From: Sporopachydermia quercuum
Taxonomy: Eukaryota
Length of the DNA: 64,000 nt
NCBI GenBank assembly: GCA_001599295.1
Contig: BCGN01000001.1
Span: forward strand, 682,001 to 746,000
Reading direction: 5' to 3'
The position numbers were made by a program, and so were the translations under genes. Shown here in pieces: positions 37,052-49,673 of the stretch. Under the pieces are notes generated by a model. That model searched no databases. It was not told where the DNA came from and saw only the letters and a list, made by a program, of their open reading frames with translations. Positions within the stretch are counted from its first letter, which is position 1; the number at the start of each line of letters is the position of its first letter.

Positions 37052-40000
37052 TTACCTTCTATCTACCAACTCAGGAAATATGACACATAAGGCTTCATCC
37101 AGTAGCTGATACACTAATTGAGCATTCAAAATAGGATTCTGAATCATATGAAATAACATCGAAGATGCGTATTTACTACTAGAATTCCCAATCACCATTG
37201 CAAATGAATCATTTATCAGTCGGTCTAATGATTGTCTCGCATTCCTTTTAACATTAGACTTTTCACTTTTACTTCTTGGTTCTCCTCTTGGTTTAAACAT
37301 TCTATTATTATCCCATAACGACTCCTTTACACTACTAAAAATGTCAACCATCTTACTGTCAGTTTGGAAATAAACGACTTGATCCCGAACTAATCTTTCT
37401 ATAGTTCCTCCTAGAATTTGTTGTAATAGTATCAAAATAGCCCTTCCTCGGAATCCACCATTTCCTCTATTTAAACCAAACACATTCAGGAATAAATCAC
37501 AAATTGGCTTAGCAAATGATTTATTACTATCACCTACTTGGTTATCATCAAAAAGCTCCAATTCATGTTGAATCTCATTCTGCATACCATTACCTTTAGA
37601 ACTAGTATTCATACTCATATTAATATTTCTACTACCTCCCAACCTACCATTTCTGTTCCCATAATCATCATCGTATCCTAAACTAGCAAATCCACTTTTC
37701 AAAAGCTCTTCTTCTTCATTAAGAGAAGGAATAACAAAACTCTCAGAAGATAGAAAAGATCTAAACGCCCTACTACGACATATTTCCGGGATTGTTAATA
37801 AGTCCTGTAAATACTTCTCTAGAGCAACTCTTCTGTAATCAGCAAACGATTTCTGTTGAAATTTCAGTACAACTCTTTTTTTTGGGAAGTCCAGTCTCCT
37901 TACTTTCGGATTAATTTTCAAGTACTCATGTAATTTATAGAACTGTGAATATCTTCTACCAACCAGCCATCCTGCACTTATGGTACTCTCACTAGTATTG
38001 CTATTGCCATTGCCATTATTTATGTTATTTGAAAATCTTTGAACTTCAATAATATAGACAATATATTCACGAGAATTAGAACCTTTCTCAAGAATGTAAG
38101 ATTGGATTCTAATTTTTGATTTCCCATACAAGTTATTATCACTTTCTTGAATAATGTATTGTTGTTTTTGAAGTTCTTTCGATCTCAGTTCTTGTTTTAA
38201 GCTTGATTTTGATTTTTTTAAGATCCTCAGTTCTGATGTGTTATTTGTTAACTCTGCTTTATTTATCAGCTGATCAATAACTGCTTCTTGTCTTGTTAAT
38301 CTATCGATATCGATTGCTAACTGTTTGATAGCCTCTGTTAGTCCTAAATCTCCTGGAGCAGCGAAATGAAGCTGGCTAGTATCGGGAGCGTTAGTGGTAG
38401 CAAGATCATTAGAATTTGTTTTAGTATCCCCATCATCCGCATTGATTTCGAGACTATTATTGATACTACTATCACCCTTATCGGAATCGGAGAAAATCTC
38501 AGAATCAGAGTCATCAGAGAAAAACAACTTGTTCTTCAGATGGGTCATTTGAGGATTTATGCTCAACACTTTATTAGATATTAAGCTATCACCACTTTCA
38601 TTTAAAGCTAGCAGCTTATCAGAATCAATTTCATTCATAGTATTAGTAGTACTGCTACTACTATCATCATAATCGGACAACTGATTATTAGTACTAGTAG
38701 TGATGTTATTGGTTTTTGAGAATGAGGATCCTAGGACTGAAATATGTGAAATAGATGTTGAGCTATTGTTACCTATCATTGATTTAGGTCTGATAAAAGG
38801 AGAAGAATCGATTAGCGTCGATCTAGATGATTTTGATTTTGATATTGATGTAGATGACGGCTCAGTATCTGATAATTTAGCAGTACTAGAACCAACACCA
38901 GTATTTGCAGCTGAGGATGTAGTTGATAGTCTAATTGAAGAACTACCTCTAAGATAATTATCAAGTTCCTGTTTTTCTATTTTACGCTGCTTGTCAATAA
39001 AAGACTGGGATTTTGCTCTTGAATGCGATTGAGAAGGTCGAGTATCAGTAGAATTGGCGGGAGGATTGTGGCTACTACTGTTTTTATTGTGGGGGCTAAT
39101 GGAATTCTCAGTTGAATCATCATTCGAATTCATTATTTCATTGAAAGCAGTTTCAACAGCTTTCACTACATTATCCCCAATAAGCTCCGGCTTGACATTA
39201 CCAGAATTATCAGTGTAGTCATCGAATTCTCCATTTGAATCATCAGCAAACTCTCCAGAGATGTCGCCTTGATCGGTGATTACATCTAACTGTTGTAGAT
39301 CATCACCTGTGGACTTGTTGTAATTATTGATTTTATAGTTGACACTTTTAATGCTTTTCTCATAATTATTAGAGAAAACACTATCTGTTGCGGTTCTGTT
39401 GATAGTACTGGTATTACTAGTACTACTAGTTTTGATATTGGAATTAATACTTTCATCATATGCTAAATACTTTAGAAACAAGTCTGATTTCTTGAATGCA
39501 GGAAGATCCTTTTTAGACATTCTAAGGAAAATATCGTCTTGGGATTCGAGTAGTTTTGCCCTTGCTTTAATGTATAATTTCTGATTGGATTTTGTTCTGA
39601 GATTAGCCGGAAAAATAGTATTCTCCACCAAAGCATTATTATTATTATTATTGTTGTTGTTGTTGATAACTAATTCATTCTGTTTATCTGACTCAATTTT
39701 ATGAGTGAACTTAGCAACAGAATCATAAACGTCTTTTCGTAGTTTCAGTAAAGGTTTATCGAAATAAGAGTGAAAGATTTGAATAATATCTTCAGAATTT
39801 GACATATCAAAAGAGACACTTAAGGCCATATCAGACAATGCATCTGAACTATCATCACTGTCGACATTGGTATTGGATGAAATATATGCTGAATTGTTAT
39901 TAAGGTCGTTATCGTTGTTATTATTACTCATTTGATGCTGTGCGTTGCTTGATGGTATATGAATATCAGGTAAAGTGTTATTTGGATCGAATAATGAATT

Positions 40001-42028
40001 TTCATCGGTGATAGCATCCTTAATAAAACCATTGATAAACGCTGTAACTCCTTTACTAGTATCTTCCTCTGCGTGTCGAGAATGACCCACTGGTTCCAAA
40101 GGGTTTCTGATACCATCAACAGTTGACCAGTACTGAAGAAGATCTATCCTATTGCATTGTTCCATAAACTCCATGAAGAAAGATAATGCAGAAGGGTCTG
40201 AGAGAACGTCACGCAGTGTCATGCTTTCTCTAGGATCTACTAATAATGAGCTTTCAGAAAGAATTGGTTTGTTTGTAATGTTATCAATGTTAGCACTGTT
40301 GCTGCTGTTGCTATTAGTATCATGATTGCTGTTGCTAATGAGGTTGTTAGTATTGTTATTGTTACTACTGATAGCGGTACCAGTGATAATCTGAATTCTA
40401 CTTTCAATCATGTTCTTGAGCTCACGGAGACGTTTAACATATAATTGACTAGCATTCGGGTCCTTCAATGCCCGTTTTAACTGAACTGTAATATAGTACC
40501 TATTTTGTCTGAACTGCGCTAGATTGTTCATTTTTGATAAGTGTTTTATGATTTTTTCGTATGATGATTGAGACATTCCTGGCTTCATTATCGTTACCAA
40601 AGGTCTTTTATCAAGATTACTAATACTTGGCTTCCGAGTAATTGTCTTGCTCGAACTAAAGCTTTTAAATGGTTTCGAACTGAGTATAGATGCCGATGCT
40701 GAAGCTGGTCTGTTGAAAGAAGAGCTATTGGTACCAATAGAGGCGTTGGTGTAATTGGTTTTAGGATTCCCGTTTCCAATATTGGCTCTATTATCAGTGA
40801 ATTCATCGTCATCTATATCGTCATCATCATCATAACCATCAACTCTTTTAACATATTCATCAAGATAGGGATCATTTGATATCTCACTAGCATGTTGATC
40901 CAATGCTGCTCTTAGTTTCCTTACTTGGTCCCTATCTTTCAAAGTAGCTTCTGCTATACGTAATATCTGTTGATTATAGAAATCTGAATCCGATAGCATA
41001 TTCATGATAGGATAGAAAATACAACAAGCTAATAATTCTCTCAGTAGAATTGTAACAACTCTTGAATTTTGAATGTCTAGCCGTTGTGGTAATAATAAAG
41101 GAATTATCAACTCACAGGTCTTTCTTAGCCATTCTTTCTCACTTTTTTCTAGTCCCTTACCGCTTATTAACTTAAACGATGAAATGGCAGGATGAAGATG
41201 CATAGTTCCATTCTTTAAGTGTTTTGCTTTTAAATTCTGCTCGAACTGTTCAGCAATTGCTTCACTCAATTCTTCAGATTCTGTTAAATCACCTTTTGCA
41301 GCTTTATTTCTTACTTGGTTATTTGCCTCAACAAACTGCTGGAAATGAGATGCAAATATTGGTATTAATTTAAAAACAAGGAATGATGATAAGTCAATTT
41401 TTTGCTCTTTGAACCTCTCGACAAAACTCTTTAGCAGTAAGTGTAAAATGTTCTTTATCTCATTTATTAACGATTGATCGGTTGATAGTTTAGCATACCA
41501 TGAGTTAACAAATGATTCCATTACGAGATCAATCATATCATTTGTCAACCGATTCAATTCATCATTATCTTCAAAAATAACACTAGTGTCCGTTGAAGTA
41601 CCTGCTTCCAAAATATTTCTTTCATAGTCCCAGTCGTAATTATCAGTCGATTGTTCAAACTTAAACGCTCTGAATAACGTCGATGATTCAGATTTGTAAT
41701 ACGGCGAAAGATGTTTGATCGATTCATTTGAATGCTGTTCAGCTAGGATATAGAAGATGATGAAACCAGAAAATGCAGTTAAAGCAAATATGAAAGACAA
41801 CAAGTGACGGAATAAAAATCTAATTAACCATTGAATAAAGAAGACTGATAATGACGCTATAACTATCACAAGAGTAAAAGTTAAAGGTGATATCTTAGAC
41901 TCAATGCTGGGCATAGAAGTAGTAGGATCTGTTCTGACATTTGAGGAACTGTTGATAGTACTCTCACCATTGTTTGATGGTTTATGATTATTATCCCCTG
42001 AAACTGATTTCTCTTTGGATTCAACCAT
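37052..42028 (-). CDS. MDM1: Mdm1/SNX14-type sorting nexin (TM-PXA-RGS-PX-Nexin_C), 1658 aa
   Basis: Two N-terminal TM helices, PXA (FVNSWYAKLS), RGS (LSFFMEFME..LQYWSTVDGIRNPL), PX (GWLVGRRYSQFYKLH), C-nexin (LLQQILGGTIER); long Asn/Ser-rich linkers. Confidence 0.93.
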   Translation of the reverse strand: MVESKEKSVSGDNNHKPSNNGESTINSSSNVRTDPTTSMPSIESKISPLTFTLVIVIASLSVFFIQWLIRFLFRHLLSFIFALTAFSGFIIFYILAEQHSNESIKHLSPYYKSESSTLFRAFKFEQSTDNYDWDYERNILEAGTSTDTSVIFEDNDELNRLTNDMIDLVMESFVNSWYAKLSTDQSLINEIKNILHLLLKSFVERFKEQKIDLSSFLVFKLIPIFASHFQQFVEANNQVRNKAAKGDLTESEELSEAIAEQFEQNLKAKHLKNGTMHLHPAISSFKLISGKGLEKSEKEWLRKTCELIIPLLLPQRLDIQNSRVVTILLRELLACCIFYPIMNMLSDSDFYNQQILRIAEATLKDRDQVRKLRAALDQHASEISNDPYLDEYVKRVDGYDDDDDIDDDEFTDNRANIGNGNPKTNYTNASIGTNSSSFNRPASASASILSSKPFKSFSSSKTITRKPSISNLDKRPLVTIMKPGMSQSSYEKIIKHLSKMNNLAQFRQNRYYITVQLKRALKDPNASQLYVKRLRELKNMIESRIQIITGTAISSNNNNTNNLISNSNHDTNSNSSNSANIDNITNKPILSESSLLVDPRESMTLRDVLSDPSALSFFMEFMEQCNRIDLLQYWSTVDGIRNPLEPVGHSRHAEEDTSKGVTAFINGFIKDAITDENSLFDPNNTLPDIHIPSSNAQHQMSNNNNDNDLNNNSAYISSNTNVDSDDSSDALSDMALSVSFDMSNSEDIIQIFHSYFDKPLLKLRKDVYDSVAKFTHKIESDKQNELVINNNNNNNNNNALVENTIFPANLRTKSNQKLYIKARAKLLESQDDIFLRMSKKDLPAFKKSDLFLKYLAYDESINSNIKTSSTSNTSTINRTATDSVFSNNYEKSIKSVNYKINNYNKSTGDDLQQLDVITDQGDISGEFADDSNGEFDDYTDNSGNVKPELIGDNVVKAVETAFNEIMNSNDDSTENSISPHNKNSSSHNPPANSTDTRPSQSHSRAKSQSFIDKQRKIEKQELDNYLRGSSSIRLSTTSSAANTGVGSSTAKLSDTEPSSTSISKSKSSRSTLIDSSPFIRPKSMIGNNSSTSISHISVLGSSFSKTNNITTSTNNQLSDYDDSSSSTTNTMNEIDSDKLLALNESGDSLISNKVLSINPQMTHLKNKLFFSDDSDSEIFSDSDKGDSSINNSLEINADDGDTKTNSNDLATTNAPDTSQLHFAAPGDLGLTEAIKQLAIDIDRLTRQEAVIDQLINKAELTNNTSELRILKKSKSSLKQELRSKELQKQQYIIQESDNNLYGKSKIRIQSYILEKGSNSREYIVYIIEVQRFSNNINNGNGNSNTSESTISAGWLVGRRYSQFYKLHEYLKINPKVRRLDFPKKRVVLKFQQKSFADYRRVALEKYLQDLLTIPEICRSRAFRSFLSSESFVIPSLNEEEELLKSGFASLGYDDDYGNRNGRLGGSRNINMSMNTSSKGNGMQNEIQHELELFDDNQVGDSNKSFAKPICDLFLNVFGLNRGNGGFRGRAILILLQQILGGTIERLVRDQVVYFQTDSKMVDIFSSVKESLWDNNRMFKPRGEPRSKSEKSNVKRNARQSLDRLINDSFAMVIGNSSSKYASSMLFHMIQNPILNAQLVYQLLDEALCVIFPELVDRR

Positions 42029-43144
42029 TATTCTAGTTTATCATTATGATTTAGTAGTTGTAACAAAGATAATCATACACATGCTCTTTTTGAGGAGGAG
42101 GAAGAGGATGTGGAGAAACAGTAGTTTCTTTAATGTTAAGCTTTATAAGTTAACACGAAAGTAAAACAAAAAGTGTAAAAATCAAATTATTAAAATTGCG
42201 CTGCAGACCCTTGCAAGTGCATCGACGACTGACCGTCCTTCAATTGATAATGAATAAAATATGATCACAAGTAATTATTTCGTTGGAAGGGACAGGCACA
42301 AATTAATACTCTCTCACATAAATTATTATAATAGATACAAAGAGCTTCTTGTGCACTAAGCTGCATGATATCTGCATATCAGAAAACCTTGTTTATTCTC
42401 GATTGGTGACTAGAATACTATTCATTAAATAATCAGTGTCTTTCCAGAATTAATCAATTACAGATAATATAAATTGTATTAAACTTAGTAGAAAAATAGA
42501 ATGTGATTCAATTATCTGCCGGTAAGTTTTCATTGCTTGTAGAGAACGATCTAATTACCTTATCAATGTTTATGTGTTGACACTTTCTCTAGATACAGAA
42601 ATACACTACATATTCATGCACTGTATGCATGCCCTGTAGAAACTTTGGAAACCTTTCGTACAAATGAACGAAAAGATCCAGAGAGTGGAATAGTGTATAG
42701 CTAGGGGTTCATCTTCAATCAATCAATTTTCATTTGTATTATGAGCCTACTCATTGCCTATCTATGTTTCTTATCCTCCTTGTTAGCTTGAAGGAGATAT
42801 TGCAAAAGTTCTACAACAGCAGTAATAAATGATGTGCTCACGACACATACAATAGTTTATTTAGATTAATGAATATAAAATGCGAAGACAATATAAAAAC
42901 AAAAGAACGATTCAAAATAAAACTTAGAATGGACAACTTCTGAAAAGAATAAAACCAAACAAGAAAGGTAATTTAAATTGGTTGATTCGTAAATCACCAA
43001 TGAGAAAATTTCTGTAGTGAGATATCGAATAAGTCGAGAAATTCACTCGCACTTGAACAGAAATTATGACAATTGAAATTCTCAACCAATTGACTACCTA
43101 ATATTTCATTTTCATCGGATGAGTCAAATATCAAATCAAAATAG

Positions 43145-43618
43145 TTATTTTGCGGCAGGAGGACTTTGAACTTGGTCGTAAGTAGAGAAAGGATTGGCGT
43201 TGTTGGCCTTCAAGACCTCGTTGCTGGCTTCTTGCCATTCACGGTTCAAGGTCTTTGGTTGTTGACCACCGAAGTAACGGACGAAAGCAAAAAGACTGCT
43301 AGAGATGGTTAAGCCAATAAGAACACCACCAAAGATCTTTAATTTGTCACCTTCAGAGTGAATTGGCTTTCTTGGTCCCCAAGCACCATATTCAATGTAC
43401 CAAGAAGCTTGCTTTTCAGGTAAGGAGAGATCCTTCCATGATCCCTTTTGACGTTCAGCTAATAAAGAAACAATATCTTGTTGCTCTTCGCTGGTCATTC
43501 CTTCCCATCTGGTTTGGAGATCTGCTATGATTGGTTTGGAGATAGGCGTAGATGAGGCATATCTCAATCCGCCAATTCTGGTGCTAGGTAAAACTGATCT
43601 AAGAGAAGTTCTGAACAT
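43145..43618 (-). CDS. COX5: Cytochrome c oxidase subunit V, 157 aa
   Basis: Presequence MFRTSLRS; LQTRWEGM..WKDLSLPEKQASWYIEYGAWGPR, TM helix, PKTLNREWQEAS..ANPFS. Confidence 0.96.
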   Translation of the reverse strand: MFRTSLRSVLPSTRIGGLRYASSTPISKPIIADLQTRWEGMTSEEQQDIVSLLAERQKGSWKDLSLPEKQASWYIEYGAWGPRKPIHSEGDKLKIFGGVLIGLTISSSLFAFVRYFGGQQPKTLNREWQEASNEVLKANNANPFSTYDQVQSPPAAK

Positions 43619-44298
43619 TTTTATACTTATAATGCTATGTCTATTGAAAATGAGTGTTAGTAAATATAATTTGAGAACAAATGATTCTCCACTATTCAAC
43701 TAATGAGCTATTTCTTCCATGTCTAAAAAGTTAGAAGGAATTCAAGCACATTAAAGACGAACAATGAACAAACTGATCACCCAGAACCAACCTTAACAAT
43801 CTGCTAAAAAATGGTATCAATAAGCTAAATAAGAAGTCTCTAACAACACAATTTATACTATGTTTAACCTCCAATTGACGAATATTCGATATCAGTATCA
43901 TATTCAACCTATTACAGCTATTCCATATTCCAATCGTTTCAATACCAAATAATATTATTTAGACATGGTAGGCAGGTTTTTTGCACGAAAACTTTAAGCT
44001 CCATCTTAATCACACCACTTGATATGAGATCCCCCATTCACCCAAACATCTGAAAAATAGTGGGCCCTTGTTTTAATGTAATAGACCCTTTCCTCTCACT
44101 GCTTGTGGTATTCCATTTATTTCAATTGCGCTGTTGAATTCATTTTTTGAGTTTTCTGATGTACTGAAAGAATCCCGAGTTCTCTGACAAAAAAATCAAA
44201 AAAAAAACAAGACAATTCTCTTTGTGCTCGTGGTATCTACTAAAACATTGTTCATGTACTCATTTCCTTCACATCACGTCTCATCTTGTGATCATCAA

Positions 44299-44393
44299 CC
44301 AATCAAACTGTTGTACCTCTTACCCAGACCCTCTAGTCAGCCAATGGCTGGAAGAACAAACAATACAATGAAAGCCATCTCAAAAGCGCCAAT
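44299..44393. promoter_or_regulatory. Three CCAAT boxes (Hap2/3/4/5-type) upstream of COX5
   Basis: aaCCAATca at 44299, agCCAATgg at 44341, cgCCAATat at 44389, 680-775 bp upstream of a respiratory gene. Confidence 0.45.
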
Positions 44394-45385
44394 ATCAACC
44401 AACCAGAGAGCCTGGAAACAATGAAATCAAATAACATTAATCGCAAATAGCACATTACTGTTTGAAATAATTGGATGATAAAAACGAAAACTGGATATTT
44501 CAAGATATCAATTTATGTACTTCATACAAAAAAAAAATTCAATTGCTGGCGACCATTAATTCTGGTGCGATTTGTGCCATATCATCCATATTCTTCCCAT
44601 TCAACGCAAATTCCTTCACTCAGTTTGTTCATGATAGTCTTCAATTCCACACAATATATAAACTTACAGTAAAACTGACAACAATCAATGCAAAAAACTC
44701 TGATGTCGAAAGGCTGATGGCGAACAATTTCTCATATTCAAGTTGTATCTTATGAACATTATCGCATATGAACAAGTCTCGTAGCACTTGTAGTCAATGA
44801 AAAGGAAGAAAGAAGCAAAGCTGTCCGCGAAGTTACGGAGAATTCTCACAGTTTGATTTTCTAAATAAGGTTTGACTGACTTCAAGTCTCATCTTGAGTA
44901 CTTGTCAAGGGTCTGTATGGGCTTAAAGTGTCTTATTTGGGGTGATGAGACGAGGCCAAGTAAGATGATCAAGATGGTCTGATTTGAGGGCATTATTCAA
45001 TAGTAAGAAATTGCATATATTATCAGTTCGTTCTTATAGATATGGAGGGAGAGTTCGGCAATTAAGAACTTGAGGAGCAGGCAAACAACATGCCATATGT
45101 TGTTCTATACATACAGGTCATGCAATAAATAGTTGGAAGGTTTGGTAAGTAGGTAGATGTACCATTGGTCAGTTAATGTTGAATATCTTGTGGTTACTCA
45201 CACCTACTCAATTGGTTTGATGGACTAGAACGATTGCAGGTTGATAGCACTTATTTCGTTGCAGTGATATATATTTTAGCTAAATAAAATATAACTATAA
45301 AGTGAATATGATACATATACTATTGTACAGTAGCGCTGAGGATAGAATTCAATTGGACAGCATGCGATCATACCGTTGGTGTTAG

Positions 45386-48300
45386 TTAGTTCCTAGACGA
45401 ATCATCAGTATCCTTAACTTTACCTAAAAATCTTAAAGGAATTCCTGTACTCCTTCTTTGACGATAATCCAATTTGGTTTTACGTTGCAAGGAATGTTGT
45501 GAGATATCTGTTTTTGAATCATTCTGCTTTTCGGGTGATGCTGACGGTGTTGTTTGGAGCCTTATCCATTTTGATCTCCAAGAATCACAGATTTTTTCCA
45601 TCTGTCGTTTGTGAGACTGGTTATGTTTTAAATCATTTTCAAATGCTTTCTCGTCGACATCAATAACAATCGGTGATATGTTTTTGATGAAATTAAAAAC
45701 AGAGTGGTAATTTTCCTCAATCAATTTTATAACTTCGGATAGCTATAATGAGTAAACGTTAGTAATATTATCCGCAAATACAAATAAAAGCATTGTTGAA
45801 AATAAAAAGGGTATACATACTTTTAACCAATTCAAACCTAAAGAAACGAATTTCTCTTTTTCAACATCCACTTCTTTTTTGCTCAAATTGATTTTAGGTA
45901 ACATTATGGTCCTCAATGAGCGCCATAAAGAGATCTTATTGTCGATACTTATTGGTTTTCGAGTTAAGTCGGGATCTAAAAAATATTAGTATAAGCCAGA
46001 CTGCAAGTAGTCAACAATATAATAACCAATTATCAGTAATACATCAAAAGAGCAACTTACACTTGTTATTGAACTCACTATCGCCAACTGCCATGATTAC
46101 TTGTACATCACAAACCCATTGAGTCGTATATTCATTTCTAATAGAATCCTCTTTAGAAAATATGTCTTCGGACAATGCAGTATAAAACGGCAGATACTGA
46201 TAGCATTCTTGTTCAGAACGTTTTTTCCAGTTTGTATGATATAGCCCATACGGATAACACTCAATGAAGATTGTTCTCCTTTTCTTTTCCTTTTCAAATA
46301 CTTCTTCCTTTCGTTTCTCTTCTTCCAAACGTAATTTCTCTACGCGTTCTTTTTCAACTTGCTCCTCTTTTTGTTTCAGCAAATCATTCATTTCTTGCTG
46401 CTTTTTTAGTTGTAGCTCTTCTTGTTGACGCTTCATTTTTTCTATATTCGCTTTAATTTGTTCCTCTTGTTCTCTTCGTTTTTGCTCTTTCTGGGCCTCG
46501 TAGAGATCACGCTTATCTTTCTCCTTCTGAAGCTGAAGTTCTCGCTCTTTCCTTGCAGCTTCTTCTTTCTCCCTCCTTGCAGCTTCTTCCTTCTCTTTTC
46601 TCGCAGCAACTTCTCTTGCTTTCTCCTCCGCCTTCTCTCTTGCTAATCGCTCTTCTTCCTCTTTCTTCTTTCTTGCAACTTCTTCTTTAAGTCTTTTTTC
46701 CTCTTCGCGTTTTCTTTCTTGTTCTTGTTCCTCGCGTTCTTTCTCCTTCCTATCTTTTTCTTTCAAAACCAGAACAGCAGCATCCATAAAACTGTCCGAT
46801 GATTTGGGCTTTGCGCTATCATGAACTTCAGTATCTCTATCTTTATCCTTGTCTTTCCCTTTCTCTGTCTCTTGATTCGGATGAGAAGGCTTTGAAATAT
46901 TGCTAGTACTCGACTTGGTCTTAAATATACCTGATTTTTGACGATGAGATGATGAAAGAAATTTGGCAGTGAAGGGGTCAATCTCTTCCTTCCTGTCTTG
47001 AGATTTTGATTCCTTTCTTGTTTCGATTTCTCCACCGTTGACACTCTCATGTTGTTCTTTTTCACGTTCACGCTCTTTATCTTTCTTTCTCATCAATTTA
47101 CGTTTCTTGATCAGTTTAGATTCTTCATCAGAATAATCTGCAGATTCGTGAGAGGTTTTTTTTCTTCGGTCCTTTGACTTTTCCTTTCTATCAAAATCTT
47201 TGTCAGCAGTATTCTCTTTCTCATCATCAGTTCCAACCGAGAGCTGTTTGTTTGTATTGTAACGTTTACCTTTCCACTCGCTTAAGGCCTTCTCTATTTG
47301 TTTTTCTTCTTTGTCATCGTAAATTAATCCATTTCTAGCTAGATCCAATAGAGATTTTCCATTTTTAGTGACTCTTGTAGGGTTTGCTCCTGAGTTTAAC
47401 AACAGCTGGACAGTTTCGACATGCCCTCTTCCTACAGTTGCCAAAAGAGGGGTTATCCCATCTTCATTTACACCATCAGCTTTAGCACCAAAGGCAAGCA
47501 ATAAATTGCACACTTCGTCATGTCCATTCTTTGCTGCCATAATAAGCGATTCAGTATCAGGAACCCATCCATTTTCTAGCAATAGCCCAACTACTTGCAT
47601 ATCTCCTTCAGCTGCCCTCTGGTAGATTTGTTCTCTTCCAGAATGTGTTGTGTAATCAATATATAGCAGCTCATTTCTATTATGATGGGCTCTTCCAGCT
47701 CTTCTGCTTCCACCAAGGGGTGATAATTTCCTTCTCCTTTTAGGCTTGACATCTGAATCATTTTCACTATCAGAAGATTTAGTCTTCCCATTACCTCTCT
47801 GATTTCCTATTCTTCCCTCATCTGAACTGTACTCACTATTCAACGAAGCCTTAGACAGTTTGCGCTGTTTTGAGTTTACTTTTTCACTATCGGATGGTTC
47901 TCTAGATGGTTCTTTGTTATCATCTGAAGTATACCCTTTGAATCCATTTGGATGAAATTTTATACCGTCATCTAGAAATGTCCTTTTTGACTTCAGTTTG
48001 GTTGCATATTCTTTTAAAAGCAAAATAATTTCTTTTGCATCATCAGAGGTTTCATCAACAGAATCAAGAGCTGTTTCCCCTTGCGCATTTAGTATTCTTG
48101 GATCGGCGCCTCTTGACAGTAATAGTTTAATGACATCCAGGTGCTCGTTCGCTACTGCATCTATTAAAGGTGTATCCAGAACATTTGGACCTGAACGAAT
48201 ATTAACAAATGCGCCTTGGTCTAATAAATACTTAGTGATATCATAGAAACCGTTCAATGCTGCCTCGTGTAATGCAGTATTTCCAGCATAATCTCTGGCG

Positions 48301-49673
48301 TTCAAATCACAACCTTCTGCTATCACACGCTTCACCTCCTGAAATTTACCTTTGTCACAAAATCTTTGCAAAGCCAGCCGTCCATTTGCGTCTCTTCTTT
48401 GGTTGGAGACACTTCTTTGTGAATTTGTTTTCCTGTTTGTTCTTGAATCTTTGAAGGATTTCTTGTCACGGGACTTTTTCATTCTAATTACAGTGGCAGA
48501 ATCTTCGGTATCAGTATCCGTATCAGTATTAGTATCATCACTGGTAGTATCATACTTCCTAGTTCTCCTAGCACTTGGAGAACGTTCAGTATTTACCCTA
48601 GTCTTAGAAACTTTTAAAGAATCGACGTTTATGATCGAGTTAGTCTTATAACCCTTATGATTCACATCATTATCGCCACCGGTATGATGCTCCTCTTCTT
48701 CTTCAGATGATGAATATATAAACTTTCTTCGCTTATCTAAATATTTTAACGGTTTCTTTGGCTTTCTATTCGAGCCCGGTGGGGACTTAGAAATAACAGT
48801 CTCTGTTTCAGAGGTAACTTCCACATCATCATCATTAGCCTTAACAACACTAGACGTATAATTTTTTGCAATTGTTTGATTTGACTCGTTTGTTAGCTTC
48901 TTGTCAATGTGAAGTTCCATTTTTCCACTATCATTCATTGCATCCTTTCCCTTTGTCAAAATTTCCTTGGAATCGTTCTCTAGTAGCTCAACTGATGATC
49001 TATCAAAAGGTTCGGTCTTTAGTTCACGTGCCTTCTTGGTTTCTGATAGTACTGCATTACTGGCTTTTTCATTACCTGCTTCTCGAGGTACAAAAGTTGG
49101 AGGTGCTTCTCGTTCAACATCCATATCATTATCATTGGACTTTGATTTACCTGACGAATTTATGTTCACCTTCGAAGTATCACCCGTACTTTGCTTACCA
49201 TTCAGTTTTTCACTTGATTCACTTCTCGATAGGCTCTTCTGTTGTTTGATATCATCGCCGTCTGTTTCTTGTGGTCTCCGACCCTGATTGGGAATTGCCT
49301 GTACATCACCTTTCTTAGATATCAAATGTTTGAACTTATTCAAATTAGAGCTCTCACAAGGTTGATGCGAAAAATTGTCAGCATTGGTTACCGAACTTGA
49401 ATTGAATATACTCGATGTTTTCTTTGTAAGGGGGGGCTTTCCAGCTGAATCCGCTCCAACTCTTGGTGATGCAGGAACTTTTTTGAACAGGCCAGACTTC
49501 GAATGTATTGGTGCACCGGATGAACTATTTGAAGCAGATTGCTTTCTAAAAAGCTTATGCGTTAGCGGTGTTCTATGATGTGAAATTCCACCGTTATAGC
49601 TATCTCTATTGGTACCAATATTTGAATCGTCATTTGATCCTGAGCTCCCAGCTCCGTTGTTACTTTCAGCCAT
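45386..49673 (-). CDS. HOS4: Ankyrin-repeat Set3C deacetylase-complex subunit; 3 exons, 1374 aa
   Basis: Exons 49673-46061, 45975-45821, 45742-45386; introns 45976-46060 (GTAAGT..TACTAAT..TAG) and 45743-45820 (GTATGT..TACTAAC..TAG) keep the frame. Two ankyrin clusters (GNTALHEAA, DTPLIDAV, GITPLLATV), a Lys/Glu coiled coil, and position next to COX5. Confidence 0.85.
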
